Below, one piece after another: positions 1-12,000 of a DNA stretch of 64,000 nucleotides; within the stretch, counting starts at the first letter, position 1, and each line of letters begins with the position of its first letter. Origin of the DNA: Phoronis australis. Its lineage: Eukaryota; Animalia; Phoronida. The notes below the pieces were generated by a model. It saw only the letters and a program-made list of their open reading frames with translations, was not told where the DNA came from and ran no database searches. The DNA is taken from positions 3,824,102 to 3,888,101 of the forward strand of contig NMRA01000001.1 of NCBI GenBank assembly GCA_002633005.1. The letters are read 5' to 3'. Both the position numbers and the translations under genes were made by a program.

Positions 1-3000
1 AATGGTCCAGAGCTGCTGCCTAGAGTAGAGATGTTGAGTGTACTACGCGGTGTCATCAGTGAGAACAAGGGAAAAGTACAGCAGCTGGCTTGTCAGGGAC
101 TGGTTAGTGTTTGTATGGCAGCCAGTGGACTGGAGGGGTGTACTACGGCTGGACAGGACGAGATGGACGTTCTGTTGACCGGACTGAAGTCACCCGTGGT
201 AGCACTGAGGGAGGCATGTCTGCAGGTGAGTTGATGGTAGTCAGTGGTCAGTTGTACTACTGCTGTTGAAAACATGGAATTACCGTTGAGGCGATAGAAG
301 TCCTGACATTGGGAAAGCGATATGCTGAATTAGAAATGTCACCATACTGTAAAGCTTACCAAGCAGGCTGCTCTGCCTAGTTGGGAGTCCTCACAGAATA
401 AAGAATTCCACAGAGGTATTTCTTCAAGCGCTAATGATGAGCATTGCACCCTGAACAACCATGTTGCTTGAAGTTTGACGATGCTGAAGCGCTTATGGAG
501 CTCTATATCTAAGTATCCAGTTTTAGAGTTGACAAAATATTCCAGTATGACATTGTGGAACTTTCGACCTTTTTTTCAGCAAAGTTTTTAGTTTTTTGGT
601 ACGAAATCTTTAACTTGACCATGGCAGAAGTGGACTGAAAATACTTATGGCACACAAAGGTCACAATTCATAGTAGTGGGTATAGTTTTTAGCCTGAGAA
701 CTTGACTGGAAAATGGGAACTATGTGTACTTTCCCGTACTGTTGAAGGCTTTATTTTTGGCAACCCAATTCTCTGGCTAAAGGACATTCTCAAGTGTTTG
801 TTGCTTGTCAGTACACTAAAGAAGTTGAATAAGGTCTTGGGCAAAATTTGTTAATATTTTGTGGTCCAGTTATTTCATGCTTACAATGCTTTTCTTTGAT
901 TATCACATGTACAAAAATACAAAGTAATGTTAAAAACTTTAAATAACTAGTTACCTTAGATAAATATTTTATAGTTTGATTATTGTATTGTATCGTATGT
1001 ACAGTGTTTGGAAGTTAAACTAGGTGGCAGTGCTATAAAAAATTCTACCCTATTCATTATGAAGGCTATTCTCTGTTGGTCACATCTTGTTTGTTACTGA
1101 TTGCCATTGTTTGACTCTCCACAGGGTCTAACTGCCCTACAGCTGGTTGTGCCTACCCCTGACAGGAACTACGAGAGAGGACTGGACTTTGTGTGCCGTG
1201 TCTGGGTAGCCAGGTTTGATGTAGATGAGGGGAACCAGAAACTGGCTGAAAAGTGAGTAAATGGTGCAGCAGTTGTTATTTTTGTGGCAAATGTTGGATT
1301 CTTGTATGTTTGACAGTGTCTGCATGATGAATGTATTAGTCTGACATCTAGTGAGGAATGTCAACACTAATCCTCTAAGAAGTTCTGAACAGACACACCT
1401 CGTAAGGCCTCCTTCAAGGATTGTGATCAGCAGAGTCATTTGTTTCTTAAAGTGTGGCATATTAGCTGGAATGACAAGTGAAAAAGATGTTTGAAACTTG
1501 AGAACAGTACACAAGTTTTATGCAAGCCTGACAGGTATGTGCATTGGGAACAACATTGGCTGTTTTCATGAATGGAATGTTGTGTTTTGTCTTTGTGCAG
1601 GCTGTGGTCAGATCTGAACTTAACCGCCACTAGTGACTTGTGCAGCCTATTGAGTGAGGATGTGATCTACCACGAGGAAGTCGTTCGGTGCGCCGCAGCC
1701 AACGCATTGGCCAGTATCCTAGAGAGTGACCGCGACTGTGTGGTGACTGTACTGCACCAGTTGATGGAGAAATACAAAGAGAAACTCTATGTGAGGACAC
1801 GCTACTTGTAGCATTGACCTTTTGTACTTTGAAAGGAAGCTATGTGCTTTGCATAGATGTGTTGTCATGTGTTAGAAAGTGTGACGTGGACAGGTGGAGT
1901 TGAAGCAACTGATATAAAAATGTGTTTCATTTTTTTGACACTATTAAGTATTCTCCATTCAAAAATGGCTGAAAGTTGACAAAAACCTGATACTGACTTG
2001 TAATAGCCTAATAGGTGTACACTGCAACAGACAGAGATTATTAACTGTAAATCTTAAGTTCTGATGGTTCTTGGCATGAAGGTGTCTTGCCTTTATAAAA
2101 TATTTTCTGTACTTAACTCATGACCCGTCCGTTCTTTAATCTGTAGCGTCCACCTCCTGTGTTTGACAACTTCGGCCGCATCGTATCGGAGCAGCCTCCA
2201 GACGAGTGGCCTGCACGGAGTGGTATCGCCCTGGCTGTGTGCAAGATGTCACCTCTGCTGAATGACAATGAGCATGTGCAGTTGCTGTTTAACTTCCTGG
2301 TGCCAGACGCACTTGGTGACCGGAGTGCTGAGGTCAGGAAGGTCATGTTGGATGCCGCTGTGGCCGCAGTCAACGATCATGGAAAGGTACGGTGTTTATT
2401 AGATAAATGTTATTTGTTAAGAATGTGAAGAGTGTTGAGACTAACTTTATAGCAGTTCATGTCCATGTGCTGTGTCTAAAGGCATTGATTATTTGTAAAT
2501 ATGGGTTTTGTTCCTTATCAAGTGAAAATAAGAATGAGTTTCTTTTTATCCTTAAGATGAGCTGTTTGTGGCTTTACTGTCGATTTTGCCAACAAAATCA
2601 TTACATAAGACAAAAGAATGAGTGTTTCTTGCAATTATATTTAGTGTGTATTAGCTGCATTTTTTGCTTCTTAGAAAACCTTCACACTTTCTGTGTCTGC
2701 TACTGTCTATTGTTTTTCCTGAACCTGCAAAGGCAGCAGAAAACTGTCCAGACTTGATAAATGGACCTTGTTGAATGTCTGACTTTCTACCGAAAAAACT
2801 TCATTGACCTGAACTTTGCCACTGTTATCTGTCTCTTAATAAACATTGTAGTGTATTCGTCAACAGTGCCACCTTCAGTCTTTGCTTGTTGTATTTGCAG
2901 AAGAACGTGGCCATGCTACTGCCACTGTTTGAAGACTTCCTTAGTAAGGCACCAGACTCTGCTAGCTATGATACAGTCAGACAGAGTGTAGTCATACTCA

Positions 3001-6000
3001 TGGGGTCACTGGCTAAACATCTGGACAAGGATGACCCTAAGGTCAAGCCGATTGTGGCTAAACTTATTGAGACTTTGTCGACACCTTCACAACAGGTCAG
3101 TGTTTTGGAGTAATGTGAGGATAACTGTGGTTTATACGGGGATCATGTTCGTTAGGTGGGATAGACATAAGTTTCACGGCAAGGTGACAAGCACAAATAC
3201 CCAGGTGGTGTAAAATTGCGAGGGCTATTGGAGCTTAACACACAGTGGTTCCTAGCTGTACTTTGATGGAAGTCTACATACAGCTAGCTGGCTGGCTAGT
3301 ATGAGTTTAGAAAATGAATTTGAAACCTTGAAAGAAATAGAATAAGACCTTTAACGTTATTATTATTATTTGTACTAAGTAGAACCATTACTGTCAAAAG
3401 CTTTTCAGACCAGTAAGAGTCTCCTAAGACTTTAACCAGTCCTGAAAGTCTTTCTGTGCTTAAAGGGCAACGATTATTTATTTAAAAACAGTCATTGGAT
3501 AAATGCAAAATGAAAACTTAACAATGCCGTAGCATTGTCATCTTGTCGATCAAAAGTAAGTTCAGCAATCGCATGTATAGGTCCAAGAGGCTGTTGCCAA
3601 CTGCCTGCCCCCGCTGGTGCCAGCAATAAAGCAGGACGCTTCCGAATTGGTTTGTAAGCTGCTGCAACTGCTATTGGAGTCGGACAACTTTGGCGAGAGG
3701 AAGGGCGCCGCCTATGGGCTGGCTGGAATGATCAAGGGTCTGGGTATACTGGCATTGAAACAGCTGGACGTGATGACGGTCTTGACAGAGGCCATACAGA
3801 ACAAGAAAAACCCGAGATATAGAGAGGGTAAGTTGACAACTTTGTGAGGCAGGTGTGGTTGTGGGTTAAATGTGTGCAGAAATTAATGTTTAAAGTCGCT
3901 GAATCATTTTTATCATTGAAAGTAGACAGGATTTTACATTTTTTTGCAGTCCTTTTATTTTTAAATGGGCTATAATTTTTTACAAAAGCGGGCAGTTTTG
4001 TGACAATGACTTTTCTGGAGACACAGATTAAATTTTCCACGGTTATTGTTAGAAAATACAAGCACATGGGGCTTTTTTCTTCCTGGATCTAAGGTCATGA
4101 TTCGTTTTGAAGTATAACATCCAAAAATGTAGTCTTATGAGAATTTTAACCAAGTTATTTACCAAACTTGGAATCCGCAACTTAAACAATCCAGAAAGTT
4201 TCGACAAATTATTTTCCCTTGATACTTACTGCATGAATTGTGAAATTCTGTGTTTTATGCTTGGTGTTGGAAATAGATTGTATGGTGTGTTAGAGAGTGA
4301 CTAGTACCTATGCTCATTTTCATTTCATGGTCATTGTGTATTCTGTTTTGAGCTTTATCCTTTCTTTGTATTAAAAGATGTCATTGACCATTTTGTTTTA
4401 CTAAGAGGATTGTGTTCAAGTGCTTTGGCTCTTTGGAGTCATTCAGATACTGTAAAGATTCATGTGCTACACCTGTATATTACAGGTGCTTTGTTTGCAT
4501 TTGAGATGCTGTGTACTATGTTAGGGCGGCTATTTGAACCGTACATTGTACACATATTGCCGCACCTTCTGTTGTGTTTTGGAGATGGCAACCAGTACGT
4601 TCGTGAGGTGAGTGACGTTTTCTTGTTTGGGACATAAGGAGATCTCAAATAAGATCGTGATTGAAAAATGTAATGAAGTAAACTTTAATCTGTATTTGCA
4701 GTTTGATCCGATCTCATAACATCAAGTGGACAACTGAATTTGAAGCTTTGAACATCTTTTTAAGCAATAATTTTTTTAGCGAAATGATCGAAATCCTTGT
4801 GACATTCGGCTTATTGTCCTGTGTGTAGTTGTAAACATTTATTGTTCTATGTAACACTCACGAATCAGTTATTGACCTTGGAGATCTTAGCGGTTCATGC
4901 TCAGGTCCTTGGTGCTAAATACGATGTTATCTTCTACTATCTTGGTTTTGATGATGTGAATTTATAATTGTGGTTTTAAATATGTTGAGAGCCATTGTCT
5001 AGAAACAAAAATCAAATTTTAATCAATGCCATCTCTTTCTTGTCCCTTGTTTGAATTGAAGTCGTAGTTCCCTTGGGAGTGACTGAAACTAACGCGCGTT
5101 GATGTGTAACTTAATGAGCCTGTTGTCAAGTGTTAATGAACCATCGGTTCCTCTCAAGTCTAGAAACTATTCCTTAATCAGAGTAAGGAACAAAATGGAA
5201 CAAATTTTGCATGGGCCATGTGGCCTTAAACAAAGTTAGTTTTTTAGTTTGAGGCTTGAGGATGGTGGTACTGTATGTTAAGCATAGCAAATGGTGGTGT
5301 TGGACACCTGAAGAGTTCAACCTGCCACAGTGCACATGATGTGACTTTGCACTCTTAGTTATTGTGATGAATAGTTTGACGATTCTGATGCACTGTGGTT
5401 GAATACTACCTTTTTAACTATGATATAGTGCAATCATGTATGTCAGTTGTTATTACTTAGCAGTGCTGAATTGCTGGCGGATTTCGAATGTTATAAGTGT
5501 CAAATTAATGACTTTAGCCAAAATAGTACACAACACAGTACTATTCTTGATTCATTGCCATGGTCACTGCTTATATATTCCCGTCTCTTCAGGCAGCTGA
5601 CGACACTGCCAAGGCTGTGATGAGTAAGCTCAGCTCTCATGGAGTCAAGTTGGTGCTTCCATCACTACTAGCTGCCCTTGAGGAGGATCAGTGGCGAACA
5701 AAGACAGGATCAGTGGAGCTACTGGGTGCAATGGCCTTCTGTGCGCCTAAACAGCTGTCTGCCTGTCTCCCGAGTATCGTGCCCAAACTCACTGAGGTGT
5801 TGTCGGACTCACACGCCAAGGTGCAAAAGGCAGGTGCCCAAGCCCTGCGACAGATTGGTTCAGTTATTCGGAATCCCGAGATCCAAGGTGTGTTGTGATA
5901 AATAGCTATTATATAGAGTTTTATTTGTGAGTTCTGAGACATGATGGTGTTAATGTTGTCTATGCATGCTTGATTGATATGATGTGTAGAGTCATTTTGT

Positions 6001-9000
6001 AGAAGGGCTTTGTGGCGACACCTACTCATGGTTTTGCTTTGCAAAGCCATAAGGTTGTAATGAAACTTTAGTGCTTCTAAACACTTCCCCAGTAGTTTTA
6101 ATTCAAATGATACAAACATGCATTCAGTTTTATTATGCGCCCGCATATTTATATGTTGATGCATTATTTGGCTATAGGTTATTCAGGGCTTGGAATTTTC
6201 CGCGGAAACGCGGATTTCCGCTTTTTTTATAATATTTCCGGGTAAAAAAAAAATCGGATTTGATATGAAATTTCCGCGGCAAATTCCTTTCTTACCGCGG
6301 CGTTGCAGACGACGTTCACCTCGGAAAGCGGAAGTCTTTATGTTTCGGAGGAACGTGAATTGTCAACATTGCCGGGGCATCTGGGTAAAGCGTGGTCTGA
6401 TTTTCAATGGCGGCTCGTGTTATTGTTAAGTGCGGCGACAAATACTACCGCTCTGCAGCCAAATTTGTGTGGGTTGGGAGTGGACGGGCGAGCGAAAAGG
6501 ACGCAGACGCATGCTACTGATGGTGGTAACGTTTTTTTTTTTTTAGTCCTCCCGATTTTTGTCGCGGAAAGGTTCACATTGACCATTTCAAAGGCTGGTT
6601 ATCGGGCATGATTTGGGCCGTAAAAGTTTACGCGTTTTTTGTCATTGGTCATTCCAAGCCCTGGTTATTTCACCATCAGCTGTCGACCTCTGTTACACTC
6701 CTGGTTCCTGTTAGCTTGGGCACTCTATGAGATGAGAGTGATTGACTGTTTACAGTCACTGTGTTTTCAGTACTGTTATCTCCTGTCTCTCTTGCAGCTC
6801 TTGTTCCAATCCTTCTGGATGCTCTGCAAGACCCTACCAAGAAGGCGACATCGTGTCTTCAGTCCCTACTGGAGACCAAGTTTGTCCACTTTGTCGATGC
6901 CCCCTCTCTCGCTCTCATAATGCCAGTAGTCGAACGTGCTCTTAAGGACAGGTCCACTGAGACAAGGAAAATGGCATCCCAGATCATTGGCAATATGTAC
7001 TCACTGACAGATCAAAAGGTAGGTAGACTTGAATTTTGAAACATGGCAAAAATAAGTCTGTTTTGTTGATTGAAGGTGAGAATGTTGAAGACAAAGTGTT
7101 AAAATATTTGCTTTTATTCAAAAACAACTTCATCTTTTAGTAATTTTGTAGGCATTATTTTTCAATAAAGTGAGTCTTGAAAACTATTATTAGTGGCTGT
7201 CATGCTGGTGAAGTTGACTTTTAAATAATATCACATTAGTTCTATCTCTAAAAACAGCAATATATGAGGTACTTGCTGAACTCTGAGTTGTTTTAGTGTT
7301 GTTGAGACTAACATTCAGTTGTTTCAGTTACAGAGTCAGTAATTTTTTATTTTAGTAATGTCTAGCTGTGAAATGCTTGAAAACTATGTAACCACCAACT
7401 ATTTGTATTACACCCCTGCAAACAAATAATAAAACATGAAAATATAAATCAATGTTTAACTACCTGACTGTTTTTATTTAACTACTGTCCCCTTTCAATA
7501 GGACCTGGCTCCTTACTTGCCCAACGTCATGCCAGGCCTCAAACAGTCGCTACTGGACCCTGTGCCTGAGGTGCGCAGTGTATCAGCGCACGCCCTCGGT
7601 GCCATGGTCAAGGGTATGGGTGAAGGAATCTTTGAGGACATGATGCCCTGGCTGATGCAGACGTTGACCAGTGAAAATAGTTCTGTTGACCGTTCCGGAG
7701 CTGCTCAAGGTAGGATTGGTTGACCTCAAACACTATTTGGCACTTTTTTACATTCTTTTACTCTGACTGACCAGGATTGATGTTCTCTGGTTCATTGTGC
7801 AGCCTTCGTTGAATTATCTTTGAGGTGTCTCCTTAACCATATTTGTTAGCGATGAACCCAGGTATTATGAAAAGTAAAAGAAAAGCAAGTTGGAACAGTA
7901 GATCGTCAGAAAATAATGTAGTTTTAGTGGGATTTGGAAGTTAAACGGCGCACAGATTTGGAGGCCTCACAATATGCAACACTTATTTCAAACTATGTGA
8001 GTTAGTTTTAACATTTTATGTATAGCACCTAGTGAACTCCAGCACAGACCTAGCGAGCTCCAACACAGACCAAGTGTAGTGGTGGAAAGTTACGGGTTAA
8101 CTCCCAATACACCAGAGTTTATGTTGTCTGGCAAAGGCATAATCGAAACTAAAACAAAATCAAGACTTGCACATTAATGTTCAAACATAATATTCGCTTC
8201 CGCACTTTAACACAAAATTTGCTGCCAAAGTACACGCCAGGTTATTCTAGACTATTTATGTTGATGTCTTTATTACAGGCCTGAGTGAGATAGTGGGTGG
8301 TCTGGGACTGGAGAAGTTGGAACGACTCATGCCAGACATTATACAGGCAGCGGAGAGGACGGACATCGCTCCGCACGTGCGTGATGGTTACATTATGATG
8401 TACATCTACCTGCCCACTGTATTTGGGGACAGCTTCCTCAAGTTTGTAGGGCCTATCCTGCCCTCTGTACTGCAGGTGAGTGTCTTCGTCTGTATTCGCA
8501 GCCTGTTGGTAGAAAGACACAAGAGACATGTGCCCAGTTGCAAAGAGGGGCTCGTCTATGTTCCCTAAGTTTTCACCTTTTGACTTGTCCAGGCCTTGAC
8601 CGTTCTTTTTAAAGTCAGTTATCTGAGAAACACACCAAGACTAAACTTTACATTGAATTTTCAATGTTATTGAAAATAAATGGGGAAACTTTTATGCAGC
8701 ATCTCTGATTTAATGACTAAATCATTATTTATTTTCATTCAAATTAGGGCTCAGTCTTCTGACAAAATGTCATTAGTTTTAAGACATGTTCATAATAAAT
8801 ATAAATTGGTAGAAAAACGCAACATTTTGGTGTTTACAATGACACAAACGCTTTTAAGATTTAGGGAAATTAAGCGGAGTCCCTATTTGGGACTGTTTCT
8901 TGCATTCAGGCAATGATATCTAAGTGTGGTCCTTATTGGGGGGATTACTGTGATTTTTGGAAACCAGTTTGTTGTTTGTTAGCAATGTCAAATGTGAGTT

Positions 9001-12000
9001 TACATGACATGAGGTGGTTGTCATTGTCTGTGGGCACAGAGTCCTACAAGAGTTACTTTTGATTGCAATTAACACAGGAAGTAGTCTGCGTGAATCACTG
9101 ACACAGCTTTACCGAGGCTTGTGCAGCACACATTGTCATTGTCAGTAGTTACAGTGCTGATCGAATCCAATGTCCTATCGAACGAACTTCAGCCTCAGTC
9201 AGGCCTCGGGTGACCTTCAACCGGAGTGAGGTCAGGCTTCGCCCGGACGCGTTCTGAACTCGGTTGGGTTGTGACTCACCCTAAGACTGGCCTAGGTTGG
9301 ACTCGGTTGGACTGCGGTTATTGAGTCATTAAATGTCCGGGGGGTTACCCCTGCATATGCTACCACTGACCGCTGAACCTGCACTCATGGCTTGATTTCC
9401 TCGCAGGTTTTTGTCANTACAGAGATGACTGTGAAGTGATGGTCAGTGCACATGATGTATCTTGCACCCTTAGTCACCGTGATGATCATGTTTGACGATG
9501 CTGATGCACTGATTTCAACTTCTCCAATTGGATTATTAAGCCTTACATTCAAGTTGAATTTGATCCTCTTGCTGAATACTGACTACCAAAGCTTGTATTG
9601 CAGTAGTTTTATTAGTTCCTTGAACAGCATGAGCGCGCTACTACCCCATCAGTTTTCCTGTTAGAGGAAGCTATTCATTGCACAACCAAGCATTTACAAT
9701 TCTGTTTTCAAGGGAATCTTAGTGCTTTATTTGTTTTCCTCTAAAAAGACACAGACTATTCGAATTAATATTCACACTGTGTGTACCTTATTTATTTCAG
9801 GCTCTCGCTGACGAATCCGAATTTGTGCGTGACACTGCGCTACGTGCTGGTCAGAGGATTGTAAACATGTATGCTGACACGGCTATTATGTTACTTCTGC
9901 CTGAACTAGAAAAGGGACTCTTTGATGATAACTGGAGGATTCGGTACAGTTCCATTCAGCTGCTGGGTGATCTGCTCTATAGGGTCTCAGGTGTGTACTT
10001 TAGTTAGGTTTGAAACCCACTGCACTTCATTCAGCTTTGTTGTCTACTCTGCTAGGGGTTGTAGGTCTACTGCATGTGAATTTCAATACTGCTGTTGTAG
10101 TAATGGACTCCTTATATATTGTGTACATGCAGTCCAGTTTGTCTTTGAATTAAAACTGGTAACCAGAAGGTTTTGTTTGTTCAAATAGCGAGTGTGCGTC
10201 AACTGGAAAATATTTTATTTGGCAGCTTAAGTATTGACTTGATGAATTTCAGGTGTCACTGGCAAGATGACAACGGAAAGCTCGCATGATGACGACAACT
10301 TTGGCACTGAATCGGCACAGCAAGCCATTTTTAGGGCTCTTGGGGAAGAGCGACGTAATCGGGTCATGGCTGGACTTTACATGGGCAGGTCGGATGTGGC
10401 TCTGATGGTGCGTCAGGCCGCCCTGCACGTATGGAAGGTGGTGGTGACCAACACACCCAAGATGTTGCGCGATATACTGTCAACACTATTCAGCCTGCTG
10501 CTGGGATGTCTAGCTAGTCAGAGTTATGACAAACGACAGGTGGGTACTTTGGCGTTGTTCAGTGTGTAGAGAATGCAATGTTACACCTCCGTCTAACTTG
10601 GTAGGGGGTTATGGTTTTGCCACTGTGTGTTGGTTTCTGTAATTATGTGCCCATTCGCGTCGTGTAAAATGAGAGCATTTTTGCAAGCACTTTCCCAAGC
10701 AGTACAATGTGATCGGTTGCAAAGGTCACTGTTGCTGGTGGTTAGAGTTAACCCTAAATTCGTTGTTTTCACAAGCATGTTATTAGCCAAGGTGCTTAAA
10801 CTTGAAAGGGGACATACGCATGGATAAAGATCAATTTGTTGTTGTGTTAATGAGTTTTGTAGTGAATAAACATGTCTAAACATCAACTGTTTGCTTTAAA
10901 AGTGATACGGGTGGTGAGAAAACAAACTTAACTGCTGGTAAAAATGATTCTGTGGTCCTGGCTAAAACACATAATGTTTTTGCCATTTCCTGCTAGTGGG
11001 TAATCACAGGAGTGAACACGATTTAATTATTTTTTAAACACTTTGCAATCATAAATGTCGAAGGTTTTTGAACTCGTGATATGAACTGTGAAGATAACAT
11101 GATGCAATCAGGTGCCAGAGTCTAATCTCCAAACTCAGTCTCTAAAGTTAGCTGCATCGCTAGAGTACACATTTGTTAGTTTATTCGTACCATGCCATTA
11201 GTCATGTCCAATTTTCGGTACAAAAAGTAGACCAGGTGTTATTGTATTTGGAGGATTGCTGTGCTTTATGAGTTTCTGTGCTTTATACCGCTTCTTAGTT
11301 TTTCTTAGTGTTTACTTATCCATAATAATTGATATAATAGTTTCGTTATGGTCATTGGTCATGAAATCTGTCTGCATGATGAACTGTGTGTCTGACACCT
11401 AGTGGAGAATCTAGACATTAATCCTCTAAGAAGTTCTGAACAGACAGTGTATGAACATTTGGGGAGTCATGATGATATAAAGCCCTGGCCTGCATGACTT
11501 CCTGTGCCTTTTTGTCATAGCTAATGTGAGCGTACCTTTGTGATCTGGTATTATGTTTTGCTTTACAACTGCTCCATCCACTCGTATTTTATCGTCTGTA
11601 GCAATGAGCTAGTTGCTTCTTATAATTGCAGTGTAGAAATTCAAAATGAGATTTTTGACATTTCTGTCTCATACCTCAAAAATGCATTGTTCATACAAGT
11701 GTGCTTGTTTGAACATAATTCAAAAGCTTGGCTAATCCTTCAATCTTCTCTTGACTGTCTACAGCTGATTGCATTTTCTGTCATCTCCACGTACAGGTGG
11801 CAGCCCGCACCCTTGGCGATATTGTGAAGAAGCTGGGTGAGCGTGTCTTGCCAGAGATTATTCCAATCCTGGAGCGAGGTCTCAGCTCTGATCAGTCAGA
11901 CCAGAGGCAGGGTGTCTGTATTGGACTATCCGAGATCATGGCATCGACAAGCAAGGATCACGTGAGTCTGTCAGAATTGTTTCAGCACTGTTCATTACTG

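Noticed and set aside
6190-6611. Overlapping ORFs inside the MITE as a transposase
   Set aside because: Short, with no DDE or other transposase motif; a by-product of higher GC content.
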